Program-made: the position numbers and the translations under genes
From: Dehalococcoidia bacterium
Lineage (GTDB): Bacteria; Chloroflexota; Dehalococcoidia; SM23-28-2; RBG-16-64-32
Reading direction: 5' to 3'
DNA length: 64,000 nucleotides
Assembly: GCA_963665775.2 (NCBI GenBank)
Contig: CAXXTF010000002.1
Location: forward strand, 736,001 to 800,000
Notes under the pieces: model-generated
Seen by the model: only the letters and a program-made list of their open reading frames with translations
The model's database searches: none
Told to the model about the DNA's origin: nothing
Part shown: one piece after another, positions 42,489 to 51,888 of the stretch
Position numbering within the stretch: the first letter of the stretch is position 1
Layout of the letters: the number at the start of each line of letters is the position of its first letter

Positions 42489-42809
42489 TTATCCTCGCTC
42501 CCCTTCCCCAGCGCCGGATTCGCTTTCCGGCACTGATTTCAGCCGTTCGACTATACCTGAGGCGACAGCCCGCACCTCGAAGCCTCCCAGATCCAGAATG
42601 ATCTCCGTAGGCCCCTGCTCTTCCGGGATCCTGATCTCCTTTATGACGGCGATGAGTCCGCCCTGGGTGAGCACCTCGTCGCCCACGCGCAGGCTCGCCA
42701 GCTCCTGCCGCTGCCGCTTACGTTGCTGCTGCACGGGACGGAGAAAGGCGAAGTAGAACAGCACCGCGATAGCGGCCGGATAGGCGATCGCCAGCAGAAG
42801 GACGCTCAT
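42489..42809 (-). CDS. yajC: Preprotein translocase subunit YajC
   Basis: TM, FLRPVQQQRK, GDEVLTQGG; upstream of secDF. Confidence 0.88.
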   Translation of the reverse strand: MSVLLLAIAYPAAIAVLFYFAFLRPVQQQRKRQRQELASLRVGDEVLTQGGLIAVIKEIRIPEEQGPTEIILDLGGFEVRAVASGIVERLKSVPESESGAGEGERG

Positions 42810-44365
42810 CTACCTATCTCTCTCCGGTCGTCGGTCACACCTATCCCCTCACCATGCAGCGCCTTGCGCGCCAGCACCAGCGCCTCTTCTCGTGTCGTAA
42901 CCTCGCCGGCCGCCCCGGCCTCCCGGATCAGCTCCAGGAGCTCTCCCACCTGCGGCCCCGGCGACAACTCCAGTGCGGCCATCAACTCATCGCCCCGCAC
43001 CAGCTTCCGCGGGGCCAGCACGGCCTCCTCCTGGTACCGCTTCACGAGTATATAGTTTACCAGCGATACGTGTTGCCGCCAGCCCGACAGACTGACCCGC
43101 GGCCCTACCGTGCCCAGATGATCCGCCAGGGAGAGGAACAGGGTATCGATAGCCGCATCTCCACAGTCACGGAAGTAGCGATAAAGGGCCCTTCGCGTGG
43201 GCGCGCCCTGCTGGCCCATCTGCACGGGGCGCAGGTGGGCCTTGATCATCGTCTCAACCAGCTCCACCTCTCGCGCCGAGAAGTGCATCCGGCGCAGGAT
43301 GCGCGCCGCCTTCTCAGCTCCCAGGTCGGCGTGACCGAAGAAGCGCATCCGCCCCGTCTCATCGAAGCTCTTGGTATCGGGCTTCGCGATGTCATGCAGA
43401 AGGCCACCCAGCTTGACCACCGCCGAGCGTGGCGTTCCCGGCACTACCTCTTGGCGGAAGTGAGCACGGGCATCGCTCCACCAGGCCAGTTGACCCCAGA
43501 GCTCCCGCCACAGGTCAGGCCAGAGACTGCCCTGTGCCTGTCCAAGGGGCTGATCCGCGGCCTCCTCCTCGGCCAGCAGCACCTCCAGGTTGCGCACCGT
43601 CTCCAGGCTGTGGTTCAGAACATCCCAGTAGTGCTCCTTTGGCTGCTGCACCTCCCGAGTAGCCGCCAGCTCCGGCAACACCTGGTCCAGGAGGCCCAGC
43701 TCATCCAGGAGACGTACCCCCTCACCGGCCCGCCCTGACCCCATGATGCGCATCAGCTCATCCCGCTGTCGCTCCACGGCCACTGTCGGAACAAGAGAGG
43801 CGTACCGCCGGATCAGGTCAGCGGTGGCAGGCTCGATGTCGAAACCCATCTCGGCGGCCAGACGCACACCCCGTAGGGGCCGCAGAGGGTCCTGGCGGAA
43901 GCTCTCCTCACGAACCACCCGCACTAGCCGTCGGCGAATGTCCTGCCGCCCGCCTGTGGGATCGATGAGCTCCACGCTGCCGGACCACGCCTCCTCCAAG
44001 CGAGCCGCCATCGCATCGATCGTGTAGTCCCGCTGCCAGAGGTCCGCCCGGATGTCGCCGGCAAGAGGGAGCAGGTCTACGTGGAGCTGGCGGTCAGGGA
44101 GGACGACACGCGCCATATTCCGCCCCTCAGCCAGCGGGAAGTAGTGACCGCCGAACGCGTCGGCCAGCTCCCTGCCCACCTGGAGCGGATCCGCGCTCAC
44201 GGAGAGGTCGATATCGTGGCACTCGCGGTCCTGCAGGGCGTCGCGCAGGATACCTCCTACAGCATAGGTCTCGACGCCGCGGGCCGCGAAGAACGCGCCC
44301 AGCTCCGACAGAGTGTCCCGCAGCCTCCGCTCCAGGTGAAGCCTGGTTCGGTTCCCCACCGCCAT
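42806..44365 (-). CDS. CCA-adding/poly(A) polymerase family nucleotidyltransferase with HD domain
   Basis: VGGILRD, DIDL, RDYTIDAMA, DPLR, LLHDIAKP. Confidence 0.9.
   Translation of the reverse strand: MAVGNRTRLHLERRLRDTLSELGAFFAARGVETYAVGGILRDALQDRECHDIDLSVSADPLQVGRELADAFGGHYFPLAEGRNMARVVLPDRQLHVDLLPLAGDIRADLWQRDYTIDAMAARLEEAWSGSVELIDPTGGRQDIRRRLVRVVREESFRQDPLRPLRGVRLAAEMGFDIEPATADLIRRYASLVPTVAVERQRDELMRIMGSGRAGEGVRLLDELGLLDQVLPELAATREVQQPKEHYWDVLNHSLETVRNLEVLLAEEEAADQPLGQAQGSLWPDLWRELWGQLAWWSDARAHFRQEVVPGTPRSAVVKLGGLLHDIAKPDTKSFDETGRMRFFGHADLGAEKAARILRRMHFSAREVELVETMIKAHLRPVQMGQQGAPTRRALYRYFRDCGDAAIDTLFLSLADHLGTVGPRVSLSGWRQHVSLVNYILVKRYQEEAVLAPRKLVRGDELMAALELSPGPQVGELLELIREAGAAGEVTTREEALVLARKALHGEGIGVTDDRREIGR
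43527..43548 (+). repeat. Degenerate mini-hairpin repeat copy in the CCA/HD gene
   Basis: CTGCCCTGTGCCTGTCCAAGGG, two mismatches to CTGCCCTGAGCCTGTCGAAGGG. Confidence 0.6.
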
Positions 44366-44422
44366 AGCCGCAGCCGATCCGCCCCACCGTAGCGCCCCGT
44401 CCAGCCGGGGCCGACCGGAGGG

Positions 44423-44917
44423 CTAGCGCCGGGCCGGTTCCTCCTCAACTTCAGTCTTGACCAGCGCGTCCAGGCTCGGCAGGTGGTCTATGTACAGAAC
44501 TCCGTTAATATGATCGATCTCGTGCTCCAGGGCCTGAGCCAGGAGGTCATCCTTGCCCCTCAACCGTATCGGCTTCCCCTGCTCGTCCAGCCCCTTCGCC
44601 ACCACCGTGACGGAGCGGGTGAGATCCGCCCGGTAGCCCGGTAACGACAGGCACCCCTCATCCAGCGTCCGCTCCCCCGACCGTTTCACGATCTGCGGAT
44701 TGATCACGGCGAACGGCTCCTCATCCGGCAGGCCAATGACGATGACTCGCAGCGAAACACCGATCTGAGGCGCCGCCAGCCCCACCCCGCTGGCCACCCG
44801 CATGCTCTCTACCATCTCCTCAATGAGCTTGCGGATGGAGGCATCGACCTTGGGGACCCGCTTCGCCTTCTGGCGGAGGACCGGATCACCCACTATCCGG
44901 ATATCGTGAGCGACCAA
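44423..44917 (-). CDS. def: Peptide deformylase
   Basis: GVGLAAPQIG, EGCLS, HEIDH. Confidence 0.96.
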   Translation of the reverse strand: MVAHDIRIVGDPVLRQKAKRVPKVDASIRKLIEEMVESMRVASGVGLAAPQIGVSLRVIVIGLPDEEPFAVINPQIVKRSGERTLDEGCLSLPGYRADLTRSVTVVAKGLDEQGKPIRLRGKDDLLAQALEHEIDHINGVLYIDHLPSLDALVKTEVEEEPARR

Positions 44918-44975
44918 ACTACACCTCCAGCTGCGACTGACGCTAATTCTAGCCTATCGGCCCGCCAGTGTCGCC

Positions 44976-47459
44976 TCACAGCAGCGAGATGGGATCCACA
45001 TCCAGCGTCCAGCCGCGGGGCAGGGGCAGATCCCACAGCAGGGCCGCCGGATCGTCGCCCCGAAGCACGATCTGCCACCGCCAGCGACCCCGCAACCGCG
45101 CCACGAAGGCCGGCGCCGGCCCCAGGATGTCCAGGTTCGGCAATCCCAGCCGATCCCGCTCTCCCTTCAGATGGCGGACCATGGCCGTCGCCTGCTCCTG
45201 CGAGTAGGCCGCGCCTGTGTGGGCGTAGACCAGACGGATCAACCGCCCGAAGGGGGGATATCCCAGCCGTCGCCGTAGCCTCACCTCTCGCTCGTACAGA
45301 GCCTGGAAATCGTGCGCCGCCGCCGCCACCACCGCGTAGTGGTCGGGGCTATAGCTCTGGATAATCACCCGTCCGCCCTTGGGCCCCCGTCCGGCGCGAC
45401 CGGCCACCTGCTCCAGAAGCTGGAACGTACGCTCGCCGGAGCGAAAGTCCGGGAAGTGGAGAGCGACATCTGCGGACACAATCCCCGCCAGGGTCACCAG
45501 GGGTATATCCAGCCCCTTAGCGATCATCTGCGTACCCACGAGGATATCCGCCTCCTGCGCCAGGAAGCGAGCCAGGATAGCCTCGTGCGAGTGCCGACCC
45601 CGAGTCACGTCCCGATCCCAGCGAAGGGTTCGCGCCCCCGGGAAGGCCCGTCGCGCCTCCTCCTCCACTCCCTCCGTCCCCAGCCCCAGCCTGCGGATGC
45701 GGCGACTGCCACAGCGGGCGCAGGCCTTAGGCGATGCGACTTGGCGGCGGCAGTAATGACATACCAGAGCGGCTTCCGAGGCGTGATACGTTAGCGACAC
45801 CGCACAGGATCGACACTGGGGAACCTCTCCGCAGTCACGACACTGAACGAAGGCGGCCGTCCCCCGCCGGTTCAGGAAGAGGATGACCTGCTCCCCCCTT
45901 GCCAGCGCCTGTTCCACGCCCCGGCTCAGGGCGCGGCTGAAGATGCTGCGGTTCCCCTCCTTCAGCTCCACGCGCAGATCGACTACCTCCACCTCCGGCA
46001 GCGGACTCGGCACTACGGAGCCATCCTCCAGCTGGTGCAGCCGCTGGGGCAGCTCCAGCAGCCGATAAGCGCCCTCCTCGGCACGGAAACGGCTCTCCAC
46101 GTCCGGCGTCGCCGAGCCCAGCACCAGGACGGCGCCCGACAGCCGACACAGCTCCTCGGCAGTGCGCCGGGCGTGATAGCGGGGAGAACCCTCCTGCTGC
46201 TTGTAGGACCACTCGTGCTCCTCATCGATGATCACCAGCCCCAGGTCCGGCTGAGGGGCGAAGAGGGCTCCCCGCGGCCCAATGACGACACCGTACCGAC
46301 CCTCCCGCACCTCGTGCCACATATCGAAGTGCTCCCCCAGCGAGAGGCCGCTGTGCATCACCGCCACCTGACCCGGAAACCGCTCGCCGAAGCGGCGAAC
46401 GGTCTGCGGTGTCAGCGATATCTCAGGCACCAGAACGATCGCCCGCCGGCCCAGCGCCAGCGCCCCCTCCAGGGCCGCCAGATACACCTCCGTCTTACCG
46501 CTTCCCGTAACCCCCTGCAGCAGGAAAGGGGGAGCGGGCGGGCCGGGTCCCGCCGCCTCCAGCGCCTTCACGACGGCCGAGGACGCCGATCCCTGGTCGT
46601 CCGTGAGCGCCGACGCCGGCCGCTGCCGGTAGACCCGGCCCGCCAGGGGATCGCGGATCACAGTGACATCCTCCACCACAGCCAGCCCTTCCCCTTCCAG
46701 ATCCCGCAGTACCGCCGCCGTGAGCCCCCGATCGCGCAGCCGCGCCAGGGGCAAGGAGCCCTCTTCGGCCAGAGCCTCCAGCACCGCCGCCCGGCGCCGG
46801 CGCCGCCCTGAGCCTGCCGAAGCGGCACCTGCTGAGCCATCCTGGCGCAGCCCGCTCGCCCGGGCCAGCGCCTCATCGGCGGCGACCAGCAGGCGCAGGT
46901 GGGGCACCACCTTAGGCCTCACCTGCGGCCGCGCCAGCCGATACGAGCGCTGGATCAAGCCTCGACGGAGGAGGGCGCCCACAAGGCTCGGCGTGTTGGT
47001 CAGCCCCAGCCCCCTCCGCAGCTCCTCCGCCTCGACCTCCCCGCGCTCGATAACGTAGGCCAGCACCCTCTGCTGTTTATCCGTAAGCGACAGCCGTGGC
47101 AGCTCCTCCAGAGAGGCCAGCGGACGTAGCAGAGCGAGAGGCCGGCGGTTGAATCCGGGCGGCAGAAAGAGAGAGACGCAGTCGAACAGGGGAGCCAGAT
47201 AGTGGTCACTGAGCCAACGAGCCACCTCCACCTGCGCCGGCGAAAGCATTGGCCTGGAATCGATGACGGCCTCGATCTCCCGGACCTCCACCAGCCCAGT
47301 CTCCGCCGCTAACTCCACCACCACGCCCTGAAGGGTGCGCCTCCCGAACGGGACGTACACGGCCTGCCCCGGCACCACGGACAGCCCATCCGGCACACCG
47401 TAGGTGAAGGTCTGACGCAGCGGCGCCGCAGCGTTGACGGCCACTTCAGCGTAAGGCAT
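44976..47459 (-). CDS. priA: Primosomal protein N' PriA
   Basis: GVTGSGKTEVY, DEEH, two Cys4 clusters, GTQMIAKG, QVAGRAGR. Confidence 0.97.
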   Translation of the reverse strand: MPYAEVAVNAAAPLRQTFTYGVPDGLSVVPGQAVYVPFGRRTLQGVVVELAAETGLVEVREIEAVIDSRPMLSPAQVEVARWLSDHYLAPLFDCVSLFLPPGFNRRPLALLRPLASLEELPRLSLTDKQQRVLAYVIERGEVEAEELRRGLGLTNTPSLVGALLRRGLIQRSYRLARPQVRPKVVPHLRLLVAADEALARASGLRQDGSAGAASAGSGRRRRRAAVLEALAEEGSLPLARLRDRGLTAAVLRDLEGEGLAVVEDVTVIRDPLAGRVYRQRPASALTDDQGSASSAVVKALEAAGPGPPAPPFLLQGVTGSGKTEVYLAALEGALALGRRAIVLVPEISLTPQTVRRFGERFPGQVAVMHSGLSLGEHFDMWHEVREGRYGVVIGPRGALFAPQPDLGLVIIDEEHEWSYKQQEGSPRYHARRTAEELCRLSGAVLVLGSATPDVESRFRAEEGAYRLLELPQRLHQLEDGSVVPSPLPEVEVVDLRVELKEGNRSIFSRALSRGVEQALARGEQVILFLNRRGTAAFVQCRDCGEVPQCRSCAVSLTYHASEAALVCHYCRRQVASPKACARCGSRRIRRLGLGTEGVEEEARRAFPGARTLRWDRDVTRGRHSHEAILARFLAQEADILVGTQMIAKGLDIPLVTLAGIVSADVALHFPDFRSGERTFQLLEQVAGRAGRGPKGGRVIIQSYSPDHYAVVAAAAHDFQALYEREVRLRRRLGYPPFGRLIRLVYAHTGAAYSQEQATAMVRHLKGERDRLGLPNLDILGPAPAFVARLRGRWRWQIVLRGDDPAALLWDLPLPRGWTLDVDPISLL
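46803..46825 (+). repeat. Mini-hairpin repeat copy in priA
   Basis: CCGCCCTGAGCCTGCCGAAGCGG. Confidence 0.65.
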
Positions 47460-47552
47460 ACGGCTACCTCCAGCGCCAATATAGCACCGAAGGCCCTCGA
47501 GCCCGCAGCGGCCGCCGTCACCCCGCCCGTTCAGCGCCCAGAAACGAGTAAT

Positions 47553-47571
47553 GCCCCGGCCTAGCCGGGGC
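47553..47571 (-). terminator. Hairpin downstream of rplS
   Basis: GCCCCGGC-CTA-GCCGGGGC with a weak T-rich tail on the minus strand. Confidence 0.5.
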
Positions 47572-47597
47572 TCCCTTCGGCATTCGGAGACCGCTCC

Positions 47598-48152
47598 TTA
47601 GCTCTTCTCCTCCCCCTCCGCCTCTCCTTCTGGCTCTTCCGCCTCGGCCTCAGCCTCTACGACCTCCCCCTCCTCAGCGAGCTCCTCTTGCCCATCCCCC
47701 GCCGCTGCCTCGTCCGCGACGACCTCCGCCGCCGCCTCGGCCTCTTCCTCGACGGCCGCCTCCTCCTCTGGCTCCAACGGTGGCGCCACCGCCGTCAGCT
47801 CCTGGAGACGGGCACGCGAGCCGGCCTTGATGCGGGCCGCCCTGCCGACCCGGTCGCGCAGATAGTACAGCTTCGCCCGACGTACCCGACCAACCCGCGT
47901 CACCTGCACCCTCTCGATCAGCGGCGAGTAATACGGGAACGTGCGCTCCACGCCCACGCCATGGCTCACCCGTCGCACGGTGAACGACGAGCCGATGCCG
48001 CGACGGCGGATACGGATGACCACCCCCTCGAACGCCTGCACGCGCTCTCGATCCCCCTCCACTATCTTGGCGAACACCCGCACCGTGTCCCCCGGCCGGA
48101 AGTCCGGGATGTTGGGCGTATCCTTGAGCTCAACGAGCGATCTCATATCCAT
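47598..48152 (-). CDS. rplS: 50S ribosomal protein L19 with acidic C-terminal tail
   Basis: [34 protein letters not shown]. Confidence 0.97.
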   Translation of the reverse strand: MDMRSLVELKDTPNIPDFRPGDTVRVFAKIVEGDRERVQAFEGVVIRIRRRGIGSSFTVRRVSHGVGVERTFPYYSPLIERVQVTRVGRVRRAKLYYLRDRVGRAARIKAGSRARLQELTAVAPPLEPEEEAAVEEEAEAAAEVVADEAAAGDGQEELAEEGEVVEAEAEAEEPEGEAEGEEKS

Positions 48153-48218
48153 GGCAACCTTGCCCAGTCTACTGTCCGATAGACTCTAGAGCAAGCAGCC
48201 GCACCCGCCTACCGGCCC

Positions 48219-49043
48219 CTATCTCCAGAGGGCCGTAAGCCCGGCCAGCAGGGGCGCCCGCCCCGTCCTTGTCTGCATCGAGGGCAGGATGAGCGAGCGC
48301 AGGCGAGCGCTCAGGTAATCCACAGCCATGACCACGGCTAAGGTAAGGAGGATCGCCGTCATCAGGTTCTGATACTGCAGGAGCTGGAGATAGCCCAGCA
48401 TGAAGAAGCCGATGCCTCCGGCCCCGACAAACCCCATGATCGTCGAAGCACGAATGTTGTATTCGAACATGAACAGCAGCTGACTGATCACAGCGTTCGC
48501 CGCCTCCGGCAGGACGGCGTAGGTGATGAGCTGCGGCCGGTTGCTGCCCACGCTCCTTACCGCCTCCAGAACCTCCGGATCAACGCCTTCGAACGCCTCG
48601 TAATACAGCTTCCCCAGATAGCCCACCGTGTAGAGCGAGACGGCGAGCGCTCCCGCCGCCGGCCCCAGACCAAAGCCCACCACGAACACCACCCCCCACA
48701 GAAGCGAGGGGATCGTGCGGATGCTTCCGATGAACAGCCGCGCGCCGCCGCTCACCCAGGGGCCGAAAAGCGTCCTCGTCCCCAGGAACGCCAGCGGCAG
48801 CGAGATCACAAAGCCCAGCAGCGTCCCTACAAAGGCGATCTCGATCGTCTCTACCATCGCCTTCAATAGCGTGGGGAGGACGCCGGTATCCGGCGGCAGG
48901 AGCGAAGCCGAGAACTCTGCCAGGCGGGAGGCGGCCGGCCCCAGTTCGCCCGGATCCAGCAGGCCCATACGGTAGAGGGAAATCCCGGCGCCAGCGACGA
49001 TCAGAAGATAGACCGCCCGGCTTACCATCAGGCGCCGGTTCAC
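48219..49043 (-). CDS. phnE: Phosphate/phosphite/phosphonate ABC permease (PhnE-like)
   Basis: IRTIPSLLW, GKLYYEAFE, FEYNIRAST.MGFVGAGGIG. Confidence 0.85.
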   Translation of the reverse strand: MNRRLMVSRAVYLLIVAGAGISLYRMGLLDPGELGPAASRLAEFSASLLPPDTGVLPTLLKAMVETIEIAFVGTLLGFVISLPLAFLGTRTLFGPWVSGGARLFIGSIRTIPSLLWGVVFVVGFGLGPAAGALAVSLYTVGYLGKLYYEAFEGVDPEVLEAVRSVGSNRPQLITYAVLPEAANAVISQLLFMFEYNIRASTIMGFVGAGGIGFFMLGYLQLLQYQNLMTAILLTLAVVMAVDYLSARLRSLILPSMQTRTGRAPLLAGLTALWR

Positions 49044-49831
49044 CGCAGAAGCTCCAGCATCTCGTCCATGGAAACGGCCTCACCGGGACCATCGTGGCTG
49101 ATAGTGCCCTGCTGCACGACGACCACGCGATCGGCGTATTTGGCCACCACATCCGTCTCGTGCGTCGTGATCAGGAACCCCACGCCGCCTTCCCGGGCGA
49201 TACCCCGCATCATCTCCAGGATCCCCTCCGCCGTGATGGGATCTAGCTGAGAGACGCACTCGTCGGCGAGAATCAGGGCCGGCTGCTGCATGAGGGCACG
49301 GGCGATCGCCACCCGCTGCCGCTCGCCGCCGCTCAGCCTGAACACCTGCTCGTCCGTCTTGTCGGCCAGGCCGAGGCTAGTCAACGTTTCGTGGGCCTCC
49401 TCCACAACTCGTCTGGGAAAGCTCCTGACAAGGGTGCGCATGGTGCCCACGCGGCCCAGCGCTCCGGCCAGCGCGTTCTCCAGGGCGGTCATATTTCGGA
49501 CGAGGCCCAGGGTCTGCGGCACATAGGCCACACTACCCCGGGGCTGGCTGCCCTGGACAACCTGCTCCGGGGCGAGAAGACGCACGTAGCCCCGCTGAGG
49601 CGACAGGAGCCCTTGGAGCACCTTCAGAAGCGTCGTCTTGCCGCTGCCGCTACGGCCCAGGATCATCGTCATCAGGCCGCGCTGCACCGTCAGATCTACC
49701 CCCTGCAATATATTGGCCTTCCCGTCATACGAGAACCAGAGGTCACGCGCCTCCATGCCGGCGCCCCTGCCCCCCCGGCCCTTACCTGCTTCCCGCACAG
49801 TCGTACTTGGAACGGTAGGTGAACTGGCCAT
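49040..49831 (-). CDS. phnC: ABC ATPase (PhnC-like)
   Basis: GRSGSGKT, LSGGERQRVAIARAL, LADE. Confidence 0.8.
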   Translation of the reverse strand: MASSPTVPSTTVREAGKGRGGRGAGMEARDLWFSYDGKANILQGVDLTVQRGLMTMILGRSGSGKTTLLKVLQGLLSPQRGYVRLLAPEQVVQGSQPRGSVAYVPQTLGLVRNMTALENALAGALGRVGTMRTLVRSFPRRVVEEAHETLTSLGLADKTDEQVFRLSGGERQRVAIARALMQQPALILADECVSQLDPITAEGILEMMRGIAREGGVGFLITTHETDVVAKYADRVVVVQQGTISHDGPGEAVSMDEMLELLR

Positions 49832-49834
49832 GAC

Positions 49835-50782
49835 TCACTCTATCTTCTCGGTGAAAGATAGGCCGGTCGCCTCAAGGTAGCCGTTCAGCGAGCCCAGGTG
49901 CCCCTCGGTCGTCGCTGGCTCAAATCGAACGAAGATGCCGGAAATGAACCTCCGCATCAGCCCCCTGTGCTCGGGCTCGCCCAACTCCATGAGGGCGCTC
50001 AGAAGATCAGAGCGGAGCGGATCCTTAAGATCCTCGCTGAACAGCACGGCGTGCGAGGGAAGCGGCCCCTGCTCCTCCAGAATTCGCGTGTTATCCAGGA
50101 CCTCCCGGTAGAGCTCCGCGGGGACATCGCCGGCGATGACGCTCACGTCCACCTGGCCCCGCTTCAGGGACGCCCAGGCCTGCGCATAGCCGCCCGCGAA
50201 GAACACATCGGAGAAGAACTCGCCGGGATCGGCCTCGCCGCCCACCGCCGGCGTCAGCAACCCCAGTTCCACCAGCCGAGCCACCGGCGCCACATACCCG
50301 GACGTCGACAGCTGGCTAGAGAAAGCGACCTTCTTCCCGCGCAGCTCCTCCAGGCTGTCGTAGGGGCTGTCCTCAGGCACAACCCAGTACGAGAAGTAGA
50401 ACGGAGCCTCGGTCTTATCCTCTCCCAGGGTGACCTCTCGCACCTCCGCCAGCACAACCTCGGCCCCGGCGTGCTTGTTGGCCAGGGCGGCGGGCCAGGC
50501 GCCCATGAACGCCGCATCCGCATGGCCGAAACGGAGCGCCTCAATGACGCCGGCGTAGGTGGTGGGGAACCGGATCTCAACATCGACATCCAAACGGTCC
50601 TCCAGGAACTCCTCCAGCTCGCTGGCCTGGCTGCTTAGCTCCTGCGCCGTGGACGTGGGCTGTACGACGATGACCAGCGTCTCCGCGCTGCCGCCGCCGC
50701 AGGCCGCCGCCAGCATAACGATAGCCAGCCCCGCGGACAGGACGATAAGTAGCAGCCCTGTTCGATCGAATCCTGCCTTCAT
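49835..50782 (-). CDS. phnD: PhnD/PtxB-type substrate-binding lipoprotein
   Basis: Lipobox LAAAC, YAGVIEALRFG, STSG motif. Confidence 0.8.
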   Translation of the reverse strand: MKAGFDRTGLLLIVLSAGLAIVMLAAACGGGSAETLVIVVQPTSTAQELSSQASELEEFLEDRLDVDVEIRFPTTYAGVIEALRFGHADAAFMGAWPAALANKHAGAEVVLAEVREVTLGEDKTEAPFYFSYWVVPEDSPYDSLEELRGKKVAFSSQLSTSGYVAPVARLVELGLLTPAVGGEADPGEFFSDVFFAGGYAQAWASLKRGQVDVSVIAGDVPAELYREVLDNTRILEEQGPLPSHAVLFSEDLKDPLRSDLLSALMELGEPEHRGLMRRFISGIFVRFEPATTEGHLGSLNGYLEATGLSFTEKIE

Positions 50783-50854
50783 AATCCCCTCTCCAGAGAA
50801 ACCTATTGTTCCGGAGCCCGCAATCTCCGATGTATCGCCATCGAGCTTTCATTA

Positions 50855-50882
50855 TGGTCTGCTAATGTCATCTGTATGTCAA
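50855..50882 (-). promoter_or_regulatory. Pho-box-like 11-bp-period direct repeat upstream of phnD
   Basis: Minus strand TTGACA-tacag-ATGACA-ttagc-AGACCA, abutting CATAAT. Confidence 0.5.
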
Positions 50883-51009
50883 CCACAATACAGCCCCAGA
50901 TCGTGAACACTCTCCCACAGCACATGAAACGCCGACTCCTGATGCTATACTAATATCACGCATAGACACCGAGCCTGATGGAAATATTCCCCTCGATCAG
51001 TGAACGCAA

Positions 51010-51023
51010 TTAGGCTCCGCTAA
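51010..51023. promoter_or_regulatory. Candidate DtxR-family operator TTAG-N6-CTAA
   Basis: TTAGGCTCCGCTAA, 26 nt upstream of the regulator start codon. Confidence 0.4.
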
Positions 51024-51049
51024 CAGCGAGGTTTGGAGAAAGGGTACTC

Positions 51050-51742
51050 ATGACACATCCCACCACAACCGTTGAGGACTACTTGCAGTGCATCTTCAGC
51101 CTGGAGGGCGAGGCCGAGACCGTTATCTCGGCCCGACTCGCCCGCCGCATGCGAGTGACCCCCCCGACAGCCTGGGCCACGGTGCGCCGCATGGCTCGCG
51201 ACGAACTCGTCACCCTGGACGACAAGAAGGTAATTCACTTCACGCCCAGAGGACAGGAGCTGGCCGAGGACATCGTCAGGCGGCACCGCCTGGCCGAACG
51301 GTTCCTCTGTGACGTCCTCGGTCTCGGCTGGGCGGAGGCCCACGAGGAGGCTCACATCTTCGAACACGCCATCACGCCCCGGCTGGAGCCCGGCATCTTC
51401 GCCCTGGCCGGCAACCCCACTACCTGCCCCCACGGCAGCCCCATTCCCGGTACAGACGGGAGGGTCGCAACCGACCTGGTGCCCCTGAGCACCCTGGCGG
51501 CAGGCGACTACGCCACCGTCGAGTTCATCTCGGAGGAGCTGGAGGAAGACCCGGAGCTGCTGGGCTACCTGGAGCGAGGGGGAGTCGTACCGGGAAGCCG
51601 TATCCGGGTGGTGGAGGTAGCGCCCTATACGGGAGTGGTCATCCTGGAGCAGGACGGCACCCAGGTACCTCTAGGGCTCCCCGTCGCCGCCAAAATAAGG
51701 GCGCGGCGTCAGGCTCAGCCCACCCCCCCATCATCTGTTTGA
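51050..51742 (+). CDS. DtxR/MntR-family metal-dependent regulator with C-terminal FeoA-like domain
   Basis: VEDYL, RRHRLAERFL, HEEAH.FEH, CPHGSPIPG. Confidence 0.93.
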   Translation: MTHPTTTVEDYLQCIFSLEGEAETVISARLARRMRVTPPTAWATVRRMARDELVTLDDKKVIHFTPRGQELAEDIVRRHRLAERFLCDVLGLGWAEAHEEAHIFEHAITPRLEPGIFALAGNPTTCPHGSPIPGTDGRVATDLVPLSTLAAGDYATVEFISEELEEDPELLGYLERGGVVPGSRIRVVEVAPYTGVVILEQDGTQVPLGLPVAAKIRARRQAQPTPPSSV

Positions 51743-51767
51743 CGGCCACACGACCCCATGCTAGACT
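51739..51767 (+). promoter_or_regulatory. Sigma70-type promoter for the metE pair
   Basis: TTGACG-17 bp-TAGACT with extended TG. Confidence 0.6.
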
Positions 51768-51888
51768 GACGTAGCTCCTGGCCTGATGGGCCGTCGCAGC
51801 CGCGACAAGGTCGCTGCGGCGGCCTGCTTTATCGGTGCGCACGGCGATCCTTCCTGAACGAGGGCCAAGTCTGAGATCGACGACTCCT

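Noticed and set aside
49795-49812. PSTTVR peptide in PhnC resembling element-derived PSTxLR
   Set aside because: The underlying codons do not match the element DNA.
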